Positions 52,710 through 64,000 of a stretch of 64,000 nucleotides of DNA are shown in pieces (position 1 is the stretch's first letter; every line of letters begins with the position of its first letter). The notes under the pieces are model-generated. The model was not told the DNA's origin, ran no database searches, and worked only from the letters and a program-made list of their open reading frames with translations. The translations under genes were made by a program, and so were the position numbers. The stretch is taken from assembly GCA_038087875.1 (NCBI GenBank), contig CM075988.1, forward strand, positions 15,316,001 to 15,380,000, written 5' to 3'. This DNA is from Malacoraja senta. Its lineage: Eukaryota.

Positions 52710-52986
52710 GTCACGGTGGCGCAGCGGTAGAGTTGCTGGCTTACAGCGAATGCAGCGCCGGAGACCCGGGTTCGATCCCAATTACGGGTGCTGTCTGTAC
52801 GGAGTTTGTATGTTCGCCCCGTGACCTGCGTTGGTTTTCTCCGAGATCTTCGCTTTCCTCCCACAATGGACGTACAGGTTTGTAGGTTAATTGGCTTGGT
52901 AAATGTAAAAAAAATTGTCCCTAGCTGGTCGGCGGGGACCCGGTGGGCCGAAGGGCCTGTTTCCGTGCTGTATCTCTAAACTAAAC
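52710..52986 (+). mobile_element. V-SINE (HE1-like), young
   Basis: gtcacggtggcgcagcggtagag...gggttcgatccc, tail tgtatctctaaactaaac. Confidence 0.85.
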
Positions 52987-54046
52987 AACCCTCTTTCCTT
53001 GTATTTAGTCAATTGTGCTTCTGATAGACATAGCAGCATGTACTGGCTGTGTGACCAGACCTCTGGTTCCATTCACAATGGATTGTCATTTTGCTCTGTA
53101 TTAACAGCTCAGCATGTTGCGATCACGAGTTAAGGTCACTTGATAGGCAGCAATTGTACAATACGGAACCTACTGAATACATTTAGCAGTCAGGTCTCCC
53201 TCCTGCACAAAAGGCAAAACGCTGTTTTTAAAGGCTCATCACCACTTTCTCCATGTCAAATAGAGATGGGCAATAAATGTTCTCAAGCCATTGACAAACA
53301 TATATTGTAAATTAAATGAAAAATGAATGTCAGAACCATCCCTTTCCAAACATTATTTCAGGGCACTCACGAAGATCATGGCTCCAGTCCCTACCCCCAA
53401 ACATCATACAATTCCTCTGATCTATCTATCAGTCTCGCTTCACTCACAGGGAGTCACAACAGAATCTGGGGCATAAACAACCTACTGGAGGAAGTCAGCA
53501 GACTTCAGCATCTATGGGGGGAGGGTGCAGAAAAAATTATCCTGATGCTAGGCTTCGTCCCGAGACGTTGAGCATTCCTTCCCCCACCCCTTTCCCTGCC
53601 CCCACCTCCACCCTCCGGTGCTGCTCACCCCACTGAGTTCTTGCTGCAGGGTCATCTTATTCCCTGGTGAGGTTTGCACTCTCACTACATCTCTGCTTCA
53701 CTTGGTTTTCACTTCCTGAAACCAAAAGCTAGAGCGACTGGTTTTCCCAAGAGGTAACTTTATGTATGCTTTAGCTTTCAAGCATCAAAGGTATCTAAAG
53801 GATAGGAACGACAGGCAACGTCTGCATTTGTCCTGCCCTTCATAGTCCAAGCTCTCCCCAAGAAAACAATTGGCACAAACTCTGAGTAATGATCCCGACT
53901 TCATGATCTGTGGTGTTAAAACCTGCCAATTAACTCATTCCGGGCCATTAAACAGCAAAACGACATGAGTAAAAGTCTCCAAATTAAAGTCAGATTTCAG
54001 ATCACAAACGGACTGTTGCAATAAGTTTTACAAAAGACAATGTGTA

Positions 54047-54353
54047 CGGCACGGTGGCGCAGCGGTAGACTTGCTGCCTTACAGCGTCAGAGACCCGGGT
54101 TTGATCCTGACTTTGGGTGCTGTCTGTACGGAGTTTGTACGTTCTCCCTGTGACCGCAAGGGATTTTCCCGGTTGCTCCAGTTTCCTCTCACACTCCAAA
54201 GACGTGCAGGTTTGTAGGTTAATTGACTTCGATCAGAGGGTATAAATTGTCCCCAGTGTGTAGAATAATGTTAGTGTTTGGGGATTGCTGGTTGGTGAGG
54301 ACTCGGAGGGCTGAAGGGCCTGTTTCCGTGCTGTATCTCTAAACTAAACTAAA
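54047..54353 (+). mobile_element. V-SINE (HE1-like)
   Basis: Complete head, V-domain and (CTAAA)n tail. Confidence 0.85.
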
Positions 54354-55699
54354 CAATATTCAAGAAACATACATTACAATGTCCCTGCTGACCACGTTGT
54401 TACAATGGCCCCAAATTCTATTTTGGGCAAGTCAATAAAGGGTGAAAGGCTAATTAAAGATTAAAAGGGTTAACTAGCCCATTACACATTAACTTTCTTT
54501 TACATTATCATAAAGTTATGGATTAAGACACGAGTTATGCAGCAACAGGTTAATGATCTGCAAAGTGTCTTTGAGGAAATACTTGAATGTGACAAGAGAA
54601 GTAATGAGAAGTTACGTCCCATCTCACTCAATGAGAAAATTACAACCATCATAGTTTTGGACTTCATTTAGTTTAATGATACGGCATGGAAACCCATTCC
54701 TTCTCTCCAGAGATGCTGCCTTAGCTGCTGAGATACTCCAGCATTTTGTGTCTACCTTCGATGAAAACAGGCCCATCGGACAACGAGTCCATGCAATCGT
54801 TGATCACCTGTTCACACCAGTTTAGTGTAGTAATACAGCTCGGAAGCAGGCCCTTCAGCCCACGCCGAGCATTGATCACCCATTCTCACTAGCTTAGTTT
54901 AGTTCTATGTTATCCCACTTTCACATTCACTCCCTTGAAGCAGCAAAGCTGGCTTTACATTAGAATTAAACACCACTGTAACTCAACATGCCAAACACAG
55001 ATTGCTTTTTGGCACTGATGAATGTGGCTCAACATCAGTGCCAAAGACAAGTAATGCTGGAATTTCAAACCAAATCATTGGTATGAGACAACATGGCATC
55101 TCATTCTGGGTATTTACCTTCTCCTAAACTACACCCGTTGCTCTCAGTCACCAGCCAACTGATGGAGGCTGATGCCCCTTTGGATTCTGCCAAGACTCCA
55201 ACTTGACTCCACTTCCATCACACCCTTGGTTCAAACTCAGACCAAGGAGCCAAGTTGCAGGAGGTGATGCAAGAGGGACAGACCTTGAAACCAAGGCAGC
55301 ATTTCAAGTTTGAAGAAGGGTCTCGACCTGAAACATCAACTATCCATGTTTTCCAGAGATGCTGCCAGACCAGCCGAGTTACTCCAGCACTTTGTGTCTT
55401 TTTATGTGATATTGGGGAGTCCTGGTAACACTCGGGTCCAAATAGGAGACACTTCTGTTGTTGGAGTCACGACCTCAGTCAAAGAATAAGGTATGCATTT
55501 GAAGCAGCTCAACCTTCCCACCCCCATGTCTTCAATACAGCGCAGAACATAGAACAGCACAGTACAAGGACAGATTCTTCGGCCAACAAACTGTGCCGAA
55601 CATGATGCCAAGATAAACTAATCTCTACCTGCATATTATCCATATCCCTCCATTCCATCCAAGTGCCCATCTAAAGGTCTCCCAACCACCACCATCTTA

Positions 55700-56035
55700 T
55701 CAAAGTCAAAGTCAAAGTCAATTTTATTCGTCACATGCACCTGAAGGTGCAGTGAAATGAATTTGCCAGCAGCGATACACTTAAAAAGAACACACAATAC
55801 ACAATAAGATTTAACACAAACATCCACCTTCACTGTGGTGGAAGGCAACAAAGTTCAGCCAGTCCTCTTTTGTTCACCCGTGGTCGGGGCCATAAACCCT
55901 CCGTAGTCGCCACTACGGACAGCCCGATGTACAGGCCCTCTCGTCGGGATGATCAAAACTCCGACGTCGGGACGGTCAAACACACTCCGCGGCTTGGAGG
56001 TCCCGAATTGGCACTTTCCTACCGGAGACCGCGTA
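55700..56035 (-). repeat. GC-rich repeat related to 1-636, with (CTTTGA)n tail, nested in a CR1 remnant
   Basis: cactgtggtggaaggcaa is nearly the reverse complement of 471-488; tandem tail tcaaag x3. Confidence 0.6.
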
Positions 56036-56364
56036 TTCAGGATGGATAAGGCATTATCTGCCTCAACCACCACACCTGGCAGCGTGTTCCAGGCATCACC
56101 ACCCTCTGTGTAAAACAACTTGCACCACGCACCTCCTTTAAACTTTCGCCTCCCACCTTAAAGCTATGCTCCCTAGTCTTTGACATTTCAACCCTTGAAA
56201 AACAATTTTGACAAATCATTCATCTGTAACTGTCACAATTGTTCTTCTTGTTCCTCTTTCTGCCGGTGCTGACTGATCTGTTGAATATTTTTAGAATTTT
56301 CTTTTATTTCAGATTTCCAAAAGCTGCGATGTGCAGCATCTCACGGTTGCAGCACGGTTCAGTT

Positions 56365-56655
56365 CTGTTCAGGTCAGAGATACAGCATGGAAACAGGCCC
56401 TTCAGCCCACCAAGTCCATGCCAGCCAACGATCACCCATTCACACTAGTGCCATGTCCTGCACACTAGCGGCAATTTACAGAGGACCAATTAACCCGCAA
56501 ACTTGCACATGTTTGGAATGTAGGAGGAAACCAGAGCACCCAGAGAAAACCCACACAGTTACAGGGAGAACATACAAACAGCACCTGAGGTCAGAGTCGA
56601 ACCAGAGTCTCTAGCATTGTGAGACAGCAGCTGCACCGCTGTGCCACTGTGCCGC
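56365..56655 (-). mobile_element. V-SINE (HE1-like)
   Basis: Reverse-complement copy. Confidence 0.75.
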
Positions 56656-57309
56656 TTCACCTGAACATTTTCCTCTCTACACTTTGCTCATTCAGCGGCC
56701 TCCATTTACACTGCTCCCATTACAATTACTAAGCTTTCATCAGCCTCTCCTAGAGGGTACCAATGGCAATGGCGTCAAGTAGACAATCATGGTCTCCAAC
56801 TATCAGAGTAACTCCCTGTCTTCTCTCCATTCCTCCCCCTCTCTGCTACATTAAAGCACGTCTGTTTTCTTAGCTTCCTACTTTGAAGAAGATCATCAAC
56901 GTGAAATGTTTGCTATCTTTTCAGATACTGCCCAGACCTGCTGATAATTTCCAGCACATCCTTTGTTTGTTTCTGCTTTCCAGCAGCTGCAGCATTTTGC
57001 TTTGAGATGCACGGATGCCTCAAGTGTCAACAATCAAGGAGCACCAACATCAACCTTCGACGTGCCAACACTTGCAGAAAGAGGGTCTAATAAGATCTAA
57101 TCTAAACTAAAATTATTGAAAGAGAGAGCGCAGACAATATATTTTGAATTGCAAGACATCCTTGCCAAGCATACGCAAGGAATGCAGGGTGCAAGGAGGA
57201 CACTGGAGAGCCACGTGCTCATGTTCGACAGTGAATCAGTGAACCATCTGCACCTGAATGTAGAAGAGAGAGGACAAAGGGAACTGTTGACAACGTACTA
57301 AAAATAATG

Positions 57310-57543
57310 TGTAGGAAGGAACTGCAGATGTTTGTTTAAACCGAAGATAGACACAAATAGCTGGAGTAACTCAGCGGGTCAGGCAGCATCCCTGGAGAAA
57401 AGGAATAGGTGACGTTTCGGGTCGAGACCCTTCTTCACACTGTGCAGAAGGGTCTTGTCCCAAAACGTCACCTATTCCTTTTCTTCCGAGTCTGAAGAAG
57501 GGTCTTGACTCGAAACGCCACCGATTTCTTTTCTCCAGAGATG
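57310..57543. repeat. Penelope terminal-repeat cluster (one inverted plus two tandem hammerhead-like units)
   Basis: Minus unit 57310-57437, then plus units at ~57446-57485 and 57490-57543. Confidence 0.75.
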
Positions 57544-58389
57544 GTACCAAATATAATGTCAGCTCTGGGGGGTCCACGTCCCAGGGATGGGATGTTCGAG
57601 ATTCTAGTCATTCCAACTCACCGAGTAAACACTACCTTCTCAGAGGTTGGTGGAAAGAGTTAATCATAATCTAACTGCTGCTAGAATCCAAAGTCATCTT
57701 TCTTTTTTTGTCAAGTCCTGAAGGATGGGCTTCGAAGACAATGGGAATGAATATTCTTAATCACATTTCCTGCAGGAGTGGAACAAGTTTTGGCAGAACG
57801 AAGACACGCCTACGCAGAGACACAGAACATTTCATGGGAATCAGCCCGAGCTGTGGTGTAACCAGTGGCAACTTCAACACCCACCTGCCAAGTGGTGAAC
57901 CACACACAACAAGATGAAAACCTCAGGCTTCATCTACCGTCAATGCCGGACAAACTCAAAGCACTAGAGGTCATCTGAGATTTATTGCTTCCGAAAGAAT
58001 TCATGTAAATAACTGAACTTCATACCAAACAAAAGCTGGCCTGCTGCTCTCCCTAGTCCAGGGTCAACAACACAATTAACCATTGACATGCCAACCAGAA
58101 CACTCGGCGACTATTCTTGTTGCAAGCATGCCTCCATCATCAGCTAAGAAACAGTTAAGAAAACCACCATGGCATCAATGCCGTGCATTCTCAGCCCCCT
58201 CACATTCCATCTTGCAACAGTGAGGGGTTCAAAGATCTTAATCTGATTGAAATCAACAGTGCCATTCATGGGAAAGTTTATCCCCTGAAACATTCATCTC
58301 TCTGTCCTTGATGCCAAACATATGCAATATTTTCTATTTCTATTTCTGATTTCCAACATCTGCAGCATTTTGCATAAACAAGTATACAG

Positions 58390-59520
58390 TTCAGATTGAC
58401 CCATTACAGGAAGGATGTGGCAGCTGGACAGGTTACAGGAGAGGTTTATGAGAATGTTTCCTGGATTAGAGGATATTCGCTAGAAGGAGACATTGGACAA
58501 TTTAGATTATTTTTTCTTGGAATACCAGAGGCTGAGAGGAGACGTAGAGACTTAGAGACATAGAAAATAGGTGCAGGAGTAGGCCATTCAGCCCTTCGGG
58601 CCAGCACCGCCATTCAATATGATCATGGTGTGTATATATATATGATTATTCATGTGTGTATATATTTATATAATGGTATATGGACACACTGATCTGATCT
58701 GTATTCATGCCTACCATATTCTGTTGTGCTGAAGCAAAGCAAGAATCTCATTGTCCTATCTGGGACACATGACAATAAACCCTCTTGAATCTTGGCTGAT
58801 CATCCAAAATCAGTACCCCGTTCCTGCTTTCTCCCCATTTCCCTTGATTCCGTTAGCCCTAAGAGTTATACCTAACGAAAACTAGAGAAAGCTGATTGAA
58901 GCACATAAAATTATGAGTGGCATCAGAACCTTTTTCTCCAGAGTGGGACTATCAAAGACTAGAGGGCGGAGCTTTCAGGTGAAAGAGGCAAAGTTTAAAG
59001 GAGAGGTGCGTGGAAATGTTTACGTAAGGGGTGGTGGGTGCCTGGAATGTGCTGCCAGGTGTGAAGGTGGAGACAGATATGATGGTGTTTAAAAGACTTT
59101 TAGATAGGGCCAGGGATATGCAGGGAATGGGAGGATCTGGATCACGTGTGGGCAGATAAGATAGGTCTTGACATCATGAGATTAGTTTATCTTGGCATTA
59201 TTTTTGGCATGGGCATCATAGGCTGAATGGCCTGTTTCTGTGCTGTACTGTTCTATGTCCTCATAGGTTCTAGGAGCAGAATTAGGCCATTCGGCCCATC
59301 AAGTCTACTCTGCCATTCAATCATGGCTGATCTATCTCTCCCTCTCAAACCCTTTCTCCTGCCTTCTCCCCATAACCCCTGACACCCTTATTAATCAAGT
59401 ATCTGTCTATCTCTGCCTTAAAAATATCCACTGACTTGGCTTCCACAGCCATCTGCGGCAATGAATTCCACAGATTCACCACCCTCTGACTAAAGAAATT
59501 CCCCCTCATCTCCTTTCTAT
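58390..59520. mobile_element. Cluster of nested CR1 fragments in both orientations
   Basis: Plus-strand CR1 58390-59258 split by a minus-strand CR1 end (~58555-58870, itself split by a Rex-type tail); another minus-strand CR1 at 59262-59520. Confidence 0.7.
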
Positions 59521-61239
59521 CAGTGAGAAGACCAGGAGACCACCTCCTTTCAACAGTTGCCTGCAACTCCTTACGGATACGGTCACAATGGGCAAACCTA
59601 GTCAGTGCCCAGAGAAACAGGATACACTGCCCGTTGTTTAACAACACATGATCGGTGGACTTCCTGATCCATCAGACAACAGTTTGAATTGTCAATGAAT
59701 TTCTGCACTTACCAGAACATGCTTTATGCAGTCGTAACTCAATTTGATTTCAGACGTACATTGGTGGAATGTGGAGCCATTTGGGATAAATGTTGCATGC
59801 AGATGCTCCTACTTTGTACTTTCACTCCTGATGGACATGGTCTGACTTCATCTCAAGCACTTTATCCATTACTAGTCAGAGAAATACCTTCTTTCAGATC
59901 TACTCCTGCATCCCACAAATGACACACATACACAGGGTGGGGAGACAACCTCGCTAAAAACCATAGTCCTCCTCAGAACAACTCATTGAGAAAACATATC
60001 TAACGCTGCAAATACAAAGCGATCCTTTCTCGTTCTCTATTTCCCACCAGCTGAGCACCTTCACTTTTCAGCTGATACCTCTCACCTATATACATCACCT
60101 ATTCCTTTTCTCCAGAGATGCTGCCTGATCCGCTGAGGCTACTCCAATATTTTGTGTCTCTCTCTTTTCCATCATTAAACATGTGCTCCGGAGAAACCTT
60201 TCAAACCACCGGGAGATGACTCAGGCTTCCCTCACTGATCTTCTCCAGAGCGTCTCTAGACTTCCGCCAAACCTATGACGAACACTGCACGGTGCTCAAG
60301 CAGCAGCCAGACACCCGACAAATCTTCACTGATGGAGATGAAAACACCAAAGTCAAGGATATGGGCTTCAAAGTTAGAAGTACTTGTAGCTGCAACAATT
60401 CAGCTTCTTGCAAAATCTACATTTTTGGACCCAAACCACTGCTATCCTTGCCACGAGATTCCTGAGGTAATTATAACTTCAATTTATGAAGCAACTAAAA
60501 GGTCAGACAGTTCTGTGTCATTGCACTGAACAGCTCAGCTTCAGAACGTTGCCCGCCTTCACGCTGACTGAGGGTCTACATGCTTCAAGTGAATTAGATA
60601 ATTGGACAGCTCAGTAACAAAGGATTCGGCAGGAAAAACACACACGTACATAGGATTAAGAGCATGAGCTCATTTTACACCTCAAGGCAGCCTTAACACT
60701 CAATAACATCATGGCTGTTCCGTTTTTATCTCAACCCGGCATCTCATCTACTCCTGGTTACTTTTTATGCTCTCGCCTATCAGGAATTTATCTTTGTGCA
60801 GGAAGGAACTCAGCGGGACAGGCAGCATCTCTGGAGAGAAGCTATGGGTGACGTTTTGGTTCGAGACGCTTCTTCTGAATTTATCTTTGTTTGGATAGAA
60901 AACGTATTCCGAGTCTGCTTCCACTCTTCTCTGAAAAGACTACGCCAAAGACTCACCAACCTCTTGATGTCAAACATTCATTGCAGGTCTGTCTCACAAG
61001 GATGTCCCACAAAAGTAAACATCTTCTTCATAACCACCCCCCCCCCCTCCCCCACCACACCCTCCACCAAGACCCTCAAAATCCAGCTGATACCTCTCAC
61101 CTATATTCACTATGGAGGAGCACAGGGAGGATAGCGAGTTCTGGGAGGAGTATTTGGATAAACTTGACCTTAAAGAGAAAGTGATAGATATCTGCGACTT
61201 GGACCTGAATTTATGCGACTTGGACCTGCAAGTTTGTAC

Positions 61240-62090
61240 AAGACACAAATGTTGGTGGTGTTTTAGATAGCAAGAAAGGTTAGATAAGACTACAGTAGGA
61301 TATATATAGGATGAAAAGTCAGGTGAAACTTTGGCAAAGGGAATTTGACCCAAACAAATGCAAGGTGGTGTATTTTAGGAAGCTATATGGGTTTAGGATG
61401 TATTCTGTAAATGGTCGGACTCTAAGGAATGTTGATAAACAGACTTTACAGTTCATGTCCAAAGTGCCCTGGAAAAGCAGAACATGTAGATGGACTAGGG
61501 AAGGCGGCACATGACATGCTCGCATTCGTAGATCATGGCAGAGAATATAAAGGCTGGGCCATAATGCTGCATCTTTACAAAACACTGGTTAGACCAGACT
61601 TGAAGTACTTTGTGGGGTACTAGTTCCCACACTGACAGATGGTTATGTTGGATATAGTTGTGCTGGAGAGAGCAGAAATTCACCAGGATGTTACCAGGAT
61701 TGGGAGATGGTAGTCAGGTGCAGGGATTGGATAATTTGGCTTACTTACCCCCAGAGTGAATAAGGCCGAGGTTTACCTGATAGAGGCACATCATTTTTTA
61801 GAAGGTATATAAATGGTGGACAGCCAGTATCTTTTTCCCCATAGCAAGGGAATGAAAAACAAGGGGGCATATATTTTTGAGAGGAAGGAGTTTTAAAGGG
61901 GATTTGTAGGGAATATATTTTTTGAACACAGAGTAATTGATATCTGAAATTCGCTGCCAGTCAGGGGTGGAGTCAGATACAGTCATTATGTTTAAGAGAC
62001 ATTTAAACAGGCACTTAAATTGGTATGGGATAGAAGAACATAGATCTAATGCAAGGATTAGTGTAGGTGGGTACCAAGGTTTTGCATAGA
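61240..62090 (+). mobile_element. Degenerate CR1 ORF2 C-terminal region
   Basis: WQREFDPNKCKVVYF and MLHLYKTLVRPDLKY remnants. Confidence 0.75.
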
Positions 62091-63077
62091 TGTGGTATTG
62101 CTGCAGTAGGCAATGCGGAGACCAGCTGGCCTGGCAGCAGACCAAGTGGGACCAACAACGAGAGAGCAGTCCTGAGCTACTATCTGCCTCAAAGGTAGAC
62201 ACAAAATGCTGGAGTAACTCAGCAGGACGGGCAGCATCTCTCAGAAGAAGGAATGGGTGATGTTTCAGGTCAAATGGGTGACTCTGTCTTCCAGTCTGAA
62301 GAAGAGTCTCAGCCCAAAATGTCACCCATTCCTTCTCTCCAGAGATGTTGCCTGTCCCGCTGAGTTACTCCAACATTTTTGGTGTAAACCAGCATCTGCT
62401 GTTCCTTCCTACGCATACTATCTACCTCAATGGAGACCCTCGGACTATCTTTGATCAGACTTTACCTTGCACTAAATGTTATGCTCATTATTCTCTTTAT
62501 CATGTATCTGTACACTGTGGATGGCTCGATTGTAATCATGTATTGTCTTTCCGATGACTGCCTTGCACACAACAAAAAGCTTTTCACTCTACCTCGGCAC
62601 ACGTGACAATAAACTAAACTCAAACTCTTTCCCAAGGCACATGGGAGTAGGTGATGGGCTTTGTTGGGTACAGCACTTGCATCGTGTTACCTGGAGCTTT
62701 GTGAGCACCTCTGGTCTCCTTGTTTAAAGACGTTTGTTTAAACATTGAGAGCTGCTCTGAGAAGGATTACTAGACTGACACCCAGAAAACGTGATGGGCC
62801 AACTACAACTATGATATAACTCTCTCTGTCCAACCTGTTCTTATAAAACAACCCACCTTTTCCAGGTATCCATTGAACACATCACCTGTCCCCCTGGGCC
62901 TCTGCAAATAATCCCACTTGGTTCTGATGACTGCCTGACGGATCGCTACACTTGTTTACTGCTTTCATTTCCTGGGAAGCCCTTGCTCTAACCGCACTGT
63001 CACCCGAGAACATGCAAATAACTGCACTGACCAACACTTAGCAGCTGACTTGTTAATTCCTGCTCTCATTAAAGGTC

Positions 63078-63236
63078 TGAAGAAGGGTTTCATTCCTGCT
63101 CTCATCAGTCTGAAGAAGGGTTTCGGCCCGAAGCGTTGCCTGTTTCCTTCGCTCCATAGATGCTGCTGCAGCCGCTGAGTTTCTCCAGCATTTTTGTGTA
63201 CCTTCGATTTTCCAGCATCTGCAGTTCCTTCTTTAA
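63078..63236 (+). mobile_element. Solo Penelope terminal-repeat insertion
   Basis: Nearly identical to the 3' end of the 17-19 kb element; TSD ctcattaaaggtc at 63065-63077 and 63237-63249. Confidence 0.88.
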
Positions 63237-63489
63237 CTCATTAAAGGTCCTATTGCCCAATTGAATAGGTGTCTCTCACAACAGGATCTGCAAATCCAGA
63301 CTTGCAGGAAATTGAGTAAAGGTAAAAGTGGTACCGTGAGAATCTTAATGCGAGAAAAGCGGAAATGCAGGAGAGAGTAGTAAGTGAGAGTTCCCTCTCA
63401 CTTCTCAAACTTGGATCACTAACACCAACGTCTTGAATAAGCCACCGTTTACTCAGTTTCAACACTTGAAGGCGAATATTTCCTCTTCA

Positions 63490-63830
63490 GGCCCCACCAT
63501 CCCCCGCTGCCTCCCCTCCCTTACCCCCCTCTCCCACTCCCCTCCCCCTCCAGCCCCCATTTCTCAAATCCCCCCTGCCGCCCAACCCCCTCTCAACAGC
63601 CAGCCCCCCCCCCTGCCGCCCAACCCTCCTCTCAACAGCCCCCCCTTGCCGCCCAACCCCCCCTCTCCACAACCCCCCTCTTCTCTGCCGCCCAACCCCT
63701 CACAACAGCCCCCCGCCCAACCGCCCCTCTCAACACCCCCCCTCTCAGCAGTCCCCCCTGCCGCCTAACCACTCCGCTCAACAGCCCCCCCCCCTCTCCC
63801 CTCTCTCCTCTCCCCTCTCCCCTCTCTCTG
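63490..63830. repeat. C-rich low-complexity minisatellite
   Basis: Repeated unit approximately ccccctgccgcccaaccccctctcaacag, followed by (CT)-rich sequence. Confidence 0.85.
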
Positions 63831-64000
63831 GGGCAAGTTTATGCTGAAGTAGACTTGTGACCACTTGTCCAAGCCTGGCCGCTGGTTCTCATCACTCCAC
63901 AGTGAGACCACAGACATTCATTACCAACCAAAAATCACCTACTTCCTCATCGGAGGATGATTGCTTAATCCTGTTCAGAAAAACAAGGTGCTGGAGGAAC

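Noticed and set aside
52710..52785. tRNA gene
   Set aside because: The tRNA-like head runs into a V-domain and CR1 tail, so it is a SINE; the same holds for the other copies.
63433..63768. Proline-rich ORF
   Set aside because: Translation of a C-rich minisatellite.
44441..64000. OAF exon 1 (signal peptide to ...ADFKK)
   Set aside because: No matching minus-strand exon found by eye; probably beyond the window end.

Overview
Eukaryotic, repeat-dense vertebrate DNA. The repeat set (HE1/V-SINE-type tRNA SINEs, CR1 LINEs with (TATTGTC)n tails, abundant Penelope terminal-repeat fragments) suggests a cartilaginous fish, probably a skate or ray; this is an inference. Most ORF-track entries are spurious or transposon-derived. 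Two minus-strand genes are supported: OAF coding exons 2-4 (44306-44440, 40424-40604, 35316-35581; exon 1 not found) and, downstream, a probable POU2F3 exon (7999-8069), matching the mammalian OAF-POU2F3 order. A 200-N gap lies at 34916-35115. The best finding is a ~143-bp SINE-like retroelement present twice (21599-21741, 23618-23759). Each copy has its own target-site duplication and starts at G1 of a 54-nt minimal HDV-like ribozyme fold; its (GAA)n tail resembles that of a nearby Ingi/Vingi-type LINE fragment. Also present: an RTE-derived short element with a partial HDV-like fold, hammerhead cores in Penelope terminal repeats, and complex template-switch insertion junctions. Homology calls are from recalled sequences, not database searches, and many repeat boundaries are approximate.
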